Below, piece by piece: positions 15,627-24,382 of a DNA stretch of 32,000 bases; the stretch's first letter is position 1, and each line of letters starts with the position of its first letter. The notes below the pieces were generated by a model. That model was not told the origin of the DNA. It was given only the letters and a program-made list of their open reading frames with translations, and did no database searches. The position numbers and the translations under genes are program-made. Where the stretch lies: the NCBI GenBank assembly GCA_028698185.1, contig JAQVDW010000016.1, forward strand, positions 2,632 to 34,631. The letters run 5' to 3'. This DNA comes from Erysipelotrichaceae bacterium. GTDB lineage: Bacteria; Bacillota_I; Bacilli_A; Erysipelotrichales; Coprobacillaceae.

Positions 15627-17060
15627 ATGATGAACGAACTAAATACTTTTTCAAAAACTAAGATTGTCTGTACGGTAGGGCCGGCATCGGACAGCAAGGA
15701 AGTCCTGACGAAGCTGGTCAAAGCCGGGATGGATGTCATGCGGCTTAATTTTTCTCATGGTGACCATCCAAGTCACAAGGCTAAGGTTGATCTGCTTCAG
15801 GAGATAAACCAGGATCTGGGGACGAATGTTGCTTGCCTGCTGGATACGAAAGGACCGGAAATCCGGACTGGAGATTTCATTGATGGTGTGGCCCAGTTCA
15901 AGAACGGTCAGGTATGCGTGCTTTGCGTTGAGGATATCGAGGGGACATCGGAACGTTTCAGCGTCAGCTACAAACAGCTGTACAAGGATGTGAAACCAGG
16001 GGGATTCATATTGATTGATGACGGGCAGATTTCACTGCTTGTGGACCATATCGAAGGGACCGACATCATCACTGTCTGCGCAAATGATGGAGTTGTCAAA
16101 AACAAAAGAGGGGTCAATGTCCCTAATGTCAATTTGAAGTTCGAATATCTTTCGCAAAAGGATATCGATGACCTGGTTTTCGGGTGTTCACAGCCATTCC
16201 ACTTTGTGGCGGCTTCATTCTGCCGTCGGGCTCAGGATATTATCGATATCAAGAAGATTCTGATTGCCAATGGCCGTCCGGACATCCAGATCATTGCCAA
16301 GATTGAAAATGTCGAAGGTGTGGCCAACATCGCCGAGATACTGAAAGTTGCCGATGGGGTAATGGTGGCCCGTGGCGATCTGGGGGTTGAGGTTCCGGCC
16401 GAGGAAGTTCCTTTCATCCAGAAAAAGATCATCCGGGAAGCCAAATCGCTAGGAAAGGTAGTAATCACCGCGACCCAGATGCTGGAAAGCATGCAAAACA
16501 ACCCGAGACCGACCCGGGCGGAGGTAAGTGATGTCGCCAACGCCATCTATGATGGAACTGACGCCATAATGCTTTCAGGGGAATCGGCCAACGGGAAGTA
16601 CCCACACGAATCGGTACTGATGATGTCGCGGATCGCTTCATTCACCGAGGCCAATCTCGATTATGACAACCTTCATGCGACAGCGGTGAAAACCGCGTCG
16701 GAAGGTCCAAGCGAGGCCATCTGCATGTCGGCGGCCGAAATTGCGATGCGTTTCAAGGTGGCTGCGATCATTGCCTTTACCGAAACCGGATATACCGCGC
16801 GCAAGATGAGCCGCTACCGGCCACAGGCGCCAATCATCGCCGCGACGCCTTCGATGGCGACCATGGAATCACTGTCGCTTAGCTGGGGTGTCAAACCTTG
16901 CAGCTGCGTCTCGTTGACGACCCGGGCGAGCATGATCGACTACGCTCAGATCATCGCCAAGGAGAATAATGTCAAGTCAGGGGAGTTGATCCTGGTAACC
17001 GGAGGAACACCGGGACTCAAGGGTGACACTTCATATCTTGAACTTGTCCGAGTGATTTAG
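15627..17060 (+). CDS. pyk: Pyruvate kinase (short form, without a C-terminal PEP-utilising domain)
   Basis: Motifs MRLNFSHG, DTKGPEIRTG, KIENVEGV and MVARGDLGVE. Tandem ATGs lie at 15627 and 15630 after GGAGGA; the second has the better spacing. Confidence 0.96.
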   Translation: MMNELNTFSKTKIVCTVGPASDSKEVLTKLVKAGMDVMRLNFSHGDHPSHKAKVDLLQEINQDLGTNVACLLDTKGPEIRTGDFIDGVAQFKNGQVCVLCVEDIEGTSERFSVSYKQLYKDVKPGGFILIDDGQISLLVDHIEGTDIITVCANDGVVKNKRGVNVPNVNLKFEYLSQKDIDDLVFGCSQPFHFVAASFCRRAQDIIDIKKILIANGRPDIQIIAKIENVEGVANIAEILKVADGVMVARGDLGVEVPAEEVPFIQKKIIREAKSLGKVVITATQMLESMQNNPRPTRAEVSDVANAIYDGTDAIMLSGESANGKYPHESVLMMSRIASFTEANLDYDNLHATAVKTASEGPSEAICMSAAEIAMRFKVAAIIAFTETGYTARKMSRYRPQAPIIAATPSMATMESLSLSWGVKPCSCVSLTTRASMIDYAQIIAKENNVKSGELILVTGGTPGLKGDTSYLELVRVI

Positions 17061-17086
17061 AAGGGGAGAAAATCTTCCCTTTTTTT
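17061..17086 (+). terminator. Intrinsic terminator after pyk
   Basis: AAGGGGAG, loop AAAAT, CTTCCCTT (one G-U pair), followed by a T-run to 17086. Confidence 0.8.
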
Positions 17087-17165
17087 CTTATCGGCAGCCT
17101 TCGATTTAGCGTTTTTGATTAGAATCAGTTGCGAAATATTCCTCTTAAATTACTGAATTTATCGC

Positions 17166-17194
17166 TTGAAATCGGGTTTTTTAAATGCTATAAT
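17166..17194 (+). promoter_or_regulatory. Sigma-A promoter of hup
   Basis: TTGAAA at 17166-17171, 17-nt spacer, extended -10 TGcTATAAT (TATAAT at 17189-17194). Confidence 0.8.
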
Positions 17195-17227
17195 TTACCA
17201 GTACTAAATGTTGGAGGGTAGTTAAGA

Positions 17228-17500
17228 ATGAACAAAAAAGAATTGGTAGAGAACGTTTCTCAAGAGGCAAACTTATCAAAGAAAGAAGCGGAAGCTTTAG
17301 TCGATACAGTATTTGGAATCATCACCAAACAAGTTTGCAGCGGTGATAAAGTATTAATATCAGGATTTGGTACATTTAACGTTAACAACCGCAGTGCGCG
17401 AAGAGGGGTTTCGCCGAAAACGCAAGAGGAAATACTTATTCCAGCGAATCGCACAGTTAACTTTAAGCCAAGCAAAATTCTTAAAGATCAGATGAACTAA
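17228..17500 (+). CDS. hup: DNA-binding protein HU
   Basis: 90 aa. MNKKELV..., GFGTFNVNNRSARRGVSPKTQEEILIPA arm motif. GGAGGG RBS. Confidence 0.96.
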   Translation: MNKKELVENVSQEANLSKKEAEALVDTVFGIITKQVCSGDKVLISGFGTFNVNNRSARRGVSPKTQEEILIPANRTVNFKPSKILKDQMN

Positions 17501-17501
17501 G

Positions 17502-17526
17502 CGGTTGCCGATGGCAACTGTTTTTT
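17502..17526 (+). terminator. Intrinsic terminator after hup
   Basis: CGGTTGCC, loop GAT, GGCAACTG, then a T6 run. Confidence 0.85.
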
Positions 17527-17579
17527 GTCATATTGAGTTCATATTTCTAGTCTAGAATACTCTAAGAGGTGAAAAAAAC

Positions 17580-18263
17580 ATGTCAAATTATGTAATTGGA
17601 TATATCCTGGTTGGTGTCGCCATGGTCATTATGCTCGTGGCCCAATCCCAGGTTCAAAACGCTTATCGCAAGTACCGCAAGGTGCCAAACCATCTGAAGA
17701 TCACAGGTGCCCAAGTGGCCCGGGAAATCCTCGATGGCAACGGTTTGCATGATGTGCAGATCGGGCAGGCCCGCGGCCAGCTCTCTGACCATTACCATCC
17801 GCTTAACAAGACGGTTAATCTTTCAGCGGATATCTACAACGGAACTTCGATTGCAGCTTTGGCAATAGCAGCCCACGAATGCGGCCATGCAATCCAGCAT
17901 CAACAGAATTATGCACCACTTAAAATGCGCGGGGCAATCCTGCCGTTAGCAAATGTGGGGAATTACCTGGGCTGGGCAGCCATCATGATCGGATTTTTGA
18001 GCGGGGCGACATCGATCGCCTGGATCGGAGTCGGTCTGATGATGGGAATCCTGGCATTCCAGGTCATCACATTACCGGTGGAATTCGACGCTTCGGCAAG
18101 GGCTTTGGCGATCCTGCAATCCCGCTATCTGTCAAGTGACGAGATGGATGGAGCCAAATCGATGTTGAATGCGGCGGCCCTGACTTACATTGCGGCGGCT
18201 TTTGCGACAGCGATGTCAATTTTGCGGATTGTGCTGATTCTCAGCGGGAACCGCAGAGACTAA
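17580..18263 (+). CDS. YugP-type membrane zinc metallopeptidase (Zn_peptidase_2 family)
   Basis: N-terminal TM helix, HYHPLNKTVNLS, HECGHAIQH zinc motif, and C-terminal TM helices. Confidence 0.85.
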   Translation: MSNYVIGYILVGVAMVIMLVAQSQVQNAYRKYRKVPNHLKITGAQVAREILDGNGLHDVQIGQARGQLSDHYHPLNKTVNLSADIYNGTSIAALAIAAHECGHAIQHQQNYAPLKMRGAILPLANVGNYLGWAAIMIGFLSGATSIAWIGVGLMMGILAFQVITLPVEFDASARALAILQSRYLSSDEMDGAKSMLNAAALTYIAAAFATAMSILRIVLILSGNRRD

Positions 18264-18265
18264 CC

Positions 18266-18292
18266 AAAGGAGACAGGAAACTGCTCCTTTTT
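18266..18292 (+). terminator. Intrinsic terminator after the YugP-like gene
   Basis: AAAGGAG-a-CAG, GAAA tetraloop, CTG-CTCCTTT (10 bp with one bulged A), followed by T's. Confidence 0.7.
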
Positions 18293-18363
18293 ACTTTGCA
18301 ATATTATGGCTGTAAAAAATGGAATTATTGTGATATCATGAAAATTGGACTTGGAGGTTGGAT

Positions 18364-18834
18364 ATGAAAAAATGGATTAAGTACAGCCTGGTGGCTGGGG
18401 GCCTGTTTGTATTAGCGGCCGGTTTGGCCTTTATGATAATCTTCCATCTGCCTTATCAAAAGAATCAAAATCGCCTCAATGCGATTTTAAATGATATATT
18501 GGTCGCCAACGGATATGAGTATGACAACTATTTCAACGAGTATCAAAGTGATGATTTGTATTATATTCTGGCAATTAAAGAGGCCGATGCGAATATCTTT
18601 GTCGTGATCAACGATGAAAATCAGCTGGTGGCCAAGAGAGTGAACAACAGGCTTGAAGACAAGGTGTTTGTGGATGCGTTCGAGGAAAAATACAGTGTGA
18701 GTCCCAGCGCCTTGGAAGTCGGCTATGAAAACTCGACGATGGTCGCGGCTTTGAAATATGTGGGAGAGGAGGAATTGATATACGCTTATTACAATTTGAA
18801 CACCGGCGAATTGATCAAGGCGTATATTCTCTAA
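18364..18834 (+). CDS. TseB/YpmB-like membrane-anchored PepSY-type protein
   Basis: Start at ATG 18364, 6 nt after GGAGG. N-terminal TM helix, C-terminal ...YYNLNTGELIKAYIL resembling the YpmB end. It sits upstream of dnaD-nth, as ypmB does in Bacillus. Confidence 0.55.
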   Translation: MKKWIKYSLVAGGLFVLAAGLAFMIIFHLPYQKNQNRLNAILNDILVANGYEYDNYFNEYQSDDLYYILAIKEADANIFVVINDENQLVAKRVNNRLEDKVFVDAFEEKYSVSPSALEVGYENSTMVAALKYVGEEELIYAYYNLNTGELIKAYIL

Positions 18835-18835
18835 T

Positions 18836-19432
18836 ATGATCGAATACCTTAAGAAGAACAATCTGATAGATCTCCAGAAACTTCTGCTTTTAAGAGGGAA
18901 GGAACTGTTTTTGAGCGACAATGAAATATATCTGCTGCTCCATATCATCAACCTCGAACAACTAAATGGCCGGGGCTTGACGATTATCGAGATTTCGAAG
19001 TATGTCGGATTCACCGACAAGGTCCTTGACGATACGTTCAAGTCGTTGTTGAACAAGGAGCTGGTCGCCAACAATGGGGGGCTGTTCAAGATTGCGAAGC
19101 TGGAACAATTTCTTCTTGGAAAATACGACATGCGCCAGAAGGAGGACAAGCCTGCCGATCTGATCACCGTTTTCCAGGAAAACATGGGTCGTCTGCTTTC
19201 CCCGATCGAAATGGAGGTAATCCGCAATTTCGTGATGCAGGGATACAGCGAACAGATGATCAAGGAGGCCTTGAAAGAGGCGGTGAAGGCAGGGGTGCCC
19301 AAGCTCAACTATATCGAAAAAATCCTGATCAACTGGCGTGAAAACGGGGTGTCGCATCGGTATGACCATAACAAGCCCCAGCGCGAAGTCGATTATGACG
19401 TGGTCAAGTATGACTGGTTGAACCGGGAATGA
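18836..19432 (+). CDS. dnaD: DnaD-domain replication initiation / membrane attachment protein
   Basis: C-terminal DnaD/DnaB_2 domain: SPIEMEVIRNFVMQGYSEQMIKEALKEAVKAGVPKLNYIEKILINWRENGV. Synteny with nth. Confidence 0.85.
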   Translation: MIEYLKKNNLIDLQKLLLLRGKELFLSDNEIYLLLHIINLEQLNGRGLTIIEISKYVGFTDKVLDDTFKSLLNKELVANNGGLFKIAKLEQFLLGKYDMRQKEDKPADLITVFQENMGRLLSPIEMEVIRNFVMQGYSEQMIKEALKEAVKAGVPKLNYIEKILINWRENGVSHRYDHNKPQREVDYDVVKYDWLNRE

Positions 19433-20073
19433 ACAAAGTGAAAACAATGCGCGTCCTGGAATATTTTGATGAGCTTTATCCGGATGCCTGCTGCGAGCTG
19501 AATTACCGCAACAATTATGAACTTCTTGTGGCCGTGATGCTTTCGGCCCAGACCACAGACAAGAAAGTGAACCAGGTTACCACCCGGCTGTTTGAAAAGT
19601 ACCCCGATGCCACAGCTGTCGCCGCGAGTGAAATCAGGGACCTGGAAGAGATCTTGAAATATCTGGGATTGTACAAAAACAAGGCGAAAAATCTCAAGGC
19701 ACTCAGTCAGGTGCTGCTTGATGAATTCGGCGGAGTTGTCCCCGACAAGATCGAACAGCTCCAGAAGCTGCCCGGAGTCGGGAGGAAGACGGCCAATGTC
19801 GTCCTGGTCGAAGGTTTCAAGATACCGGCAATACCGGTGGACACCCATGTGACCCGGGTCGCCAAACGCCTGGGTTTTGCCAAAGTTGACGATGACGTCG
19901 TGAAGATCGAGGCGAAATTGCAAAGGTCGATCCCTAAAGAGCTTCAGGTCAAGGCCCATTCGCAGTTCATCTTTTTTGGCCGCTATTTCTGCAAGGCCAT
20001 CAATCCATCCTGCGGGCAATGTGAGTTGTTCGACATGTGCAAGGATGAAATCAAATACAAGAGAACAAAATAA
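19429..20073 (+). CDS. nth: Endonuclease III
   Basis: HhH-GPD region LPGVGRKTANVVL, catalytic PVDTHV, and the 4Fe-4S cluster CKAINPSCGQCELFDMC. ATGA overlap with dnaD. Confidence 0.95.
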   Translation: MNKVKTMRVLEYFDELYPDACCELNYRNNYELLVAVMLSAQTTDKKVNQVTTRLFEKYPDATAVAASEIRDLEEILKYLGLYKNKAKNLKALSQVLLDEFGGVVPDKIEQLQKLPGVGRKTANVVLVEGFKIPAIPVDTHVTRVAKRLGFAKVDDDVVKIEAKLQRSIPKELQVKAHSQFIFFGRYFCKAINPSCGQCELFDMCKDEIKYKRTK

Positions 20074-20096
20074 AGCCACCCGTCCGGGTGGCTTTT
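20074..20096. terminator. Bidirectional intrinsic terminator between convergent nth and ponA
   Basis: AGCCACCC (20074-20081), loop GTCC, GGGTGGCT (20086-20093), flanked by AAA on the left and TTTT on the right. Confidence 0.88.
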
Positions 20097-20104
20097 GGCT
20101 GTGG

Positions 20105-22792
20105 CTAATTGTTGCCGTTGCCGCGATTGTTGTTGGCAGCGGTGCTGACATAGACAATTATGTTTTTGGTGAACGAACCGTAGCTGTCGCTTTCGGTTAT
20201 CGTCACCGTATAGGTGTCTGGCGTCAATGAACTGACAATCAATTCGTTTGAAGTCGACGATCCCACAACCGTTCCGCTCGAATTGGTTATTTGCAGGATG
20301 AAAGTCGAATCGTCTGTCTGATTCTGGGTTTGGACGTTCAGGCTGTCGGAGGTTGTCGTTTCCCCGCTGGTGATCTTGTTGCTGTCGCCGTCACGGATCG
20401 TGTAAGTGATGTCGTCAGTGATCGGGGTGGATATCGCCAGGTTGACAGTCAGTGAGTTTGAGACGATGTCATTGTTGTTGGCGAACTTGTAGTATCCCAC
20501 AACCTTGACATTTTCATTTACCACGTAATCGACAGTGGCGCTGTTTTGGGAGTATGTTCCACTGTAGACGACGGTGTTGGCGCTGTTGTAGACATCGACG
20601 CAGTACAGCAACTCGCCATACGCCGAGACGACATCGGCAATCGAAGATGTGTCGTAGTTTGTGAAAGATACGTTGATCTTCTTGTCCGCGCTCAGTGTAG
20701 CAGAGAACGAATCCAGTCTTTGAATGGAGAAATTACTGGGAATGTAGTATTCGGTCGGTTGAGTGCCTTCCTTGAAGTAAGCTTCGATACCGTTGGTCGC
20801 CAGCTTGTATGGATACACTTCAGGTGCGATTTTCACTTTGATCACGCCATCAGGCTGGGCCGGATATGACTTGGCGCTTTCGTGCCGGGCCAGGTATTTT
20901 TGGATCTGGCCGTTCACATAAGCCGATTTAGCCTTGTAGTCGGAAGTGTTTTTTCCTTGGAGGATACCCTCTTGCAGGAATCCCATCCAGATTGAAACGG
21001 TATAGTTAGGTGAAGCCGAGGTCATCCAGATGTCACGGGAAGTGTTTGGACGGACATTGGATTGGTCGCTTGACCAGTTTGAAGTTCCGGTCTTTGCAAT
21101 GATGTTGCTCAAGCCGCTGAAATATCCATAAGAACTGTATCCGGTTCTAACGTATTCGAGCATGACTTGCCGGATGATATAGGCGCTTTGCGCGGAGATT
21201 GTCTGGTTGGCTTCCTGTTGGATCTGCTCATCGACATTGATCACATTGCCATTGGATTCTTGAATGTAGTTGATAGTGTGGCTTTCAACGTGGACTCCAT
21301 TGTTGGCGATGGTCGCGTAGACGCTGCAAAGTTCGATTGGAGTGGTTCCATCAGGCCAGCCACCGATTGCATAAACCGGCGAGATGTCGGAAGGGTTGAC
21401 CTCCGACATGTCGATGCCCATGGCTTCGAGATTGTCATATACTTGCTGTCTTCCCACAGCGGCAATGACATCATCCAATGCCCAGATGGCAGAAAGGTTC
21501 CAAGATTTCATGATCGCCTCAGGCATCAACACGGTACCATGTTGCTGGTTGTCCCAGTTCGATGGGTTCCATGAACCACCTTTGGTGTAGGTTGTGTCAT
21601 TTGTCGGATGCTGCGAGCACCAGTCCAGGTATTCGATGGCATTGGCATATGAGATGACCGGCTTGAGGGAAGAACCGGGCTGTTGCTTGACATTTGCCAG
21701 GTTCAGGTCGCCGGTGAGGTAATCCCGGGAACCAATTGCGGCAACCAGGCGGCCATCGAGCGAGGATTGGACCGCTCCGGCCATTTCCATATCCTCATCG
21801 GAATAGTTGCTGTCGTTTGTCGCTTGCTTGTATACGAATTCTTGGATGTCGGCATCCAGGAACGTGTAGATGTTCATGGTCGTTTCCCGAGGATCGTTAC
21901 CGGTGCGGTCAATCACTTCCTGGGTGACGATATCGATGTAGGCGTCAAGGTAAGAACCGTTGCCAAGGGTGTCGGGACGTTCGAGCATGTTTTCAACCTT
22001 CACCAGAAGGGCATTGTCGTATTCGGTTTGGGTGATATATCCATGCATTTTCATCAGCGACAGGATGGTGTTCCGTCTAGCGGTGGCCTGTTCGAGGTTG
22101 TTGTATGGATCGTAACGGTAAGGCTTGTTGAGCGATCCCGCCAACAATGCGGCCTCAGGCAAGGTGAGTTCCTTGCAGCTCTTGTTGAAATAATATTTGC
22201 TGGCAGCTTCGATACCGATTGACGAAGTCGAATTGCCAAAGTAAATTTTGTTGAGATAGGCGGTTACTATTTCCTCTTTCGAGAGGGCCTGGGTCGCCTG
22301 ATAAGCGAGGTACATTTCCCCCAATTTACGTTCGATTGTATCCTGCTCTTCGGGATAGAATGATTTTTTCATCAGCTGCTGGGTTATGGTCGAACCGCCC
22401 CCGACAATCCCGCCGCCACCGATGAAAGAGACGACGTTAGACAGGGCTGCCACAAACAGACGAGGCAGGTCGAAGCCCGGGTTGACAAAAAAGCGCGAAT
22501 CTTCGGCAGCGACAATCGCATCGATCATCACCTGCGGGATATCCTCGTAAGTGACGTTCTGGCGGGTACCGTCGGTATCTGATCCGTATGTATAGACAAG
22601 GTCGCCATTGGTGTCATATATCCGCGATGGCTCGCTGGATTCTATTGTCTCAATTTTAAATTCCGGAGCGTTGGCGATAACCTGGTAGCTGAACCATCCG
22701 ACTCCCACAAATGTGATAACGACGACTGCGACCAAGGCAGTCATGGCAACTCTAAAAATATTTATCTTTGTTTTTCTTTTCTTTTTGGCCAT
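20105..22792 (-). CDS. ponA: Class A penicillin-binding protein 1A (glycosyltransferase + transpeptidase) with a ~210-aa S/T/N-rich C-terminal extension
   Basis: GT51 motifs EDSRFFVNPGFD, GGSTITQQL and RKLGEMYLA. Transpeptidase motifs SSLKP (SxxK), SWN (SxN) and KTGT. N-terminal signal anchor. Product is 895 aa. Confidence 0.95.
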   Translation of the reverse strand: MAKKKRKTKINIFRVAMTALVAVVVITFVGVGWFSYQVIANAPEFKIETIESSEPSRIYDTNGDLVYTYGSDTDGTRQNVTYEDIPQVMIDAIVAAEDSRFFVNPGFDLPRLFVAALSNVVSFIGGGGIVGGGSTITQQLMKKSFYPEEQDTIERKLGEMYLAYQATQALSKEEIVTAYLNKIYFGNSTSSIGIEAASKYYFNKSCKELTLPEAALLAGSLNKPYRYDPYNNLEQATARRNTILSLMKMHGYITQTEYDNALLVKVENMLERPDTLGNGSYLDAYIDIVTQEVIDRTGNDPRETTMNIYTFLDADIQEFVYKQATNDSNYSDEDMEMAGAVQSSLDGRLVAAIGSRDYLTGDLNLANVKQQPGSSLKPVISYANAIEYLDWCSQHPTNDTTYTKGGSWNPSNWDNQQHGTVLMPEAIMKSWNLSAIWALDDVIAAVGRQQVYDNLEAMGIDMSEVNPSDISPVYAIGGWPDGTTPIELCSVYATIANNGVHVESHTINYIQESNGNVINVDEQIQQEANQTISAQSAYIIRQVMLEYVRTGYSSYGYFSGLSNIIAKTGTSNWSSDQSNVRPNTSRDIWMTSASPNYTVSIWMGFLQEGILQGKNTSDYKAKSAYVNGQIQKYLARHESAKSYPAQPDGVIKVKIAPEVYPYKLATNGIEAYFKEGTQPTEYYIPSNFSIQRLDSFSATLSADKKINVSFTNYDTSSIADVVSAYGELLYCVDVYNSANTVVYSGTYSQNSATVDYVVNENVKVVGYYKFANNNDIVSNSLTVNLAISTPITDDITYTIRDGDSNKITSGETTTSDSLNVQTQNQTDDSTFILQITNSSGTVVGSSTSNELIVSSLTPDTYTVTITESDSYGSFTKNIIVYVSTAANNNRGNGNN

Positions 22793-22793
22793 A

Positions 22794-23372
22794 TTAAACC
22801 TCCATGTAGATAGCTTCTACCGCTTTTAAGTAATCCAGTCTGGGCTGGTATCCCTGGGTGATCAAAAATCCCTTTTCTGTGATTTCCTGATAGGTGATGT
22901 GTTTTATCGGTGAGTTGAGATATTTGTCAATCATGTAGCTCCCGTCGACTAGATAAACTTCGTCATATCTGGTAAAAGCAATTATGATAAAGCCGATTCC
23001 GCCGTGTTCGATGATCTGACGCAGATGTTCAATTTGATGCGGGTGAATATTGGTGAAGGGGAATGCATCCTTTTGCGTTTCCTTGGCTTCAAAATCGATG
23101 TAGCGGCCTTTGTATACCCCATTGTAGTCGGTTGTCGACCTTCTTTGAAAGTAGCCTTCGACAATCTTGGCAGCGGCCCGTTTCGGGTAGTCAACCTTGA
23201 CGATTTGGATGGGAGTGGGTTTTTTATGAATCACTGCCAGATTGGAGCTAAGATAGAACTGGTTGGCGAGATTTATATCTTCCTCCAGGCTCATGCCCCG
23301 ATAGGCGGTGTTTATCTTCCCCGATTGCTTGCTGGCCGGATTTGCCTTCCGTCCGTTGGGATAGTTTACCAT
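22794..23372 (-). CDS. recU: Holliday junction resolvase RecU
   Basis: Start moved to MVNYPNGRK (ATG complement at 23370-23372, GGAGG 6 nt upstream). RecU core GRYIDFEAKET and the classic recU-ponA operon arrangement, with the stop 1 nt before the ponA ATG. Confidence 0.9.
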   Translation of the reverse strand: MVNYPNGRKANPASKQSGKINTAYRGMSLEEDINLANQFYLSSNLAVIHKKPTPIQIVKVDYPKRAAAKIVEGYFQRRSTTDYNGVYKGRYIDFEAKETQKDAFPFTNIHPHQIEHLRQIIEHGGIGFIIIAFTRYDEVYLVDGSYMIDKYLNSPIKHITYQEITEKGFLITQGYQPRLDYLKAVEAIYMEV

Positions 23373-23527
23373 TAAAAACCTCCTTCGATTATACATTATT
23401 AGTTTGATTTTGTCATTATAATTTGACCTAATTCATTATACACTATCTTGTTTGGAAAATAAAGATGACATGAATATCAAAAAGTGGTAGTATTGAGTTA
23501 GAAGAACTTATATAAAGGGGTAAAGTT

Positions 23528-23863
23528 ATGGAGAAAAAAATTCAGCTGACACCTAAAAAAATCGAAAACAAGGAATTCAAAATCGATTTTAAAGGATACA
23601 ATGCCGACGAAGTGGATTTGTTTTTGGATGTGGTCATGGAAGATTACGAGCGTTTTGCGAGTCTGCTTTCCAAAGCCTTTGAAGAAATTGACGGTTATAA
23701 AAACCAAATCCAGGAACTCAATGAAAAAATTGAACGTTTGGAAATGGAAAAGGCCCTTCAAGCCAAGAATATCGCGGTTATGGAAGAAAATGCCAACACT
23801 AATGTCGATATTTTGAAACGGTTGTCACTGTTGGAAAAAGCTGTTTTTTTCAACGAAAAATAG
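23528..23863 (+). CDS. gpsB: Cell-cycle protein GpsB (DivIVA-domain)
   Basis: LTPKKIENKEFKIDFKGYNADEVDLFLDVVMEDYE N-terminal DivIVA-type domain followed by a coiled coil. 111 aa, divergent from recU-ponA. Confidence 0.9.
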   Translation: MEKKIQLTPKKIENKEFKIDFKGYNADEVDLFLDVVMEDYERFASLLSKAFEEIDGYKNQIQELNEKIERLEMEKALQAKNIAVMEENANTNVDILKRLSLLEKAVFFNEK

Positions 23864-23891
23864 TTGCAATATTATCCAGATTTGATATGAT
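23864..23891 (+). promoter_or_regulatory. Sigma-A promoter of rnpB
   Basis: TTGCAA at 23864-23869, 16-nt spacer, extended -10 TGaTATGAT (23886-23891). It begins directly after the gpsB stop. Confidence 0.65.
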
Positions 23892-23896
23892 GGTAT

Positions 23897-24233
23897 TGCT
23901 CATTGGATGATTGCTGCTTGAAAAAGTAGAGGAAAGTCCAGGCTTCCACAGGCTGCGATGCCTGTAGTGTTTGTACTGCACGAATAAATAAGTGCAGGTA
24001 GTCGCAAGACTAACGACATGGCGAATACCTAAGGGCAACTATGGTAATCAGCCTTTAAAGTGCCACAGAAACTATTCTTGTTTGAAAAGACAAGCTGAAA
24101 AGAGGTAAACTCTGCAAGGAAGAAACCCAAATTTGGTAGGGGAATTGGTCCTAGAGAACTGAATCGAGGACCAGACGGTATCACCGTAGATAAATAATCA
24201 TCTAAAACAGAACTTGGCTTACTAATGAGCATT
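23897..24233 (+). ncRNA. rnpB: RNase P RNA, bacterial type B (compact, about 335 nt; ends approximate)
   Basis: Universal GAGGAAAGUCC at 23929-23939, AGUGCCACAGAAA at 24060-24072, ACAGAACUUGGCUUA at 24207-24221. P1 pairing is UGCUCAUU (23897-23904) with AAUGAGCA (24224-24231). P2 pairing is GGAUGAUU with AAUCAUCU. Confidence 0.93.
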
Positions 24234-24239
24234 AATATA

Positions 24240-24269
24240 GTTATCTTTCAAGAGGTAACTTTTTATTTT
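24240..24269 (+). terminator. Intrinsic terminator after rnpB
   Basis: GTTATCT, loop TTCAAG, AGGTAAC (one G-U pair), followed by TTTTTATTTT. Confidence 0.7.
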
Positions 24270-24325
24270 GGAAAAAAATATTTGATGGATTAAAGAAAAA
24301 TTGCGATAGGACCTGTTTATTATCC

Positions 24326-24354
24326 TTTTAATAACGAATGTTTTTTGTTATAAT
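24326..24354 (+). promoter_or_regulatory. Candidate promoter for the rodZ-pgsA-cinA-recA unit
   Basis: Extended -10 TGtTATAAT (TATAAT at 24349-24354). Weak -35 TTTTAA at 17-nt spacing. Confidence 0.45.
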
Positions 24355-24382
24355 GGTAGGGATTTTAAAGGTGGAGGATTAT

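Noticed and set aside
407-20157. Very long antisense ORFs covering almost whole genes. Examples: 407-1129(-) against pilT, 1880-2761(-) against the esterase gene (longer than the sense ORF), 8152-8844(-) against trmH, 14600-15313(+) against thrE, and 19393-20157(-) against nth.
   Set aside because: In each of these five cases the antisense codons are in exact register with the sense codons (same start-coordinate residue modulo 3). Antisense stops then require sense TTA, CTA or TCA codons, which these genes evidently avoid, so this is a codon-usage artefact. The sense genes have RBSs, family motifs, promoters and terminators. The antisense products are Arg/Ser/Leu/Val-rich with no motifs or RBSs. 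ORF 18487-19308(-) crosses a gene boundary in two registers and looks equally non-protein-like.
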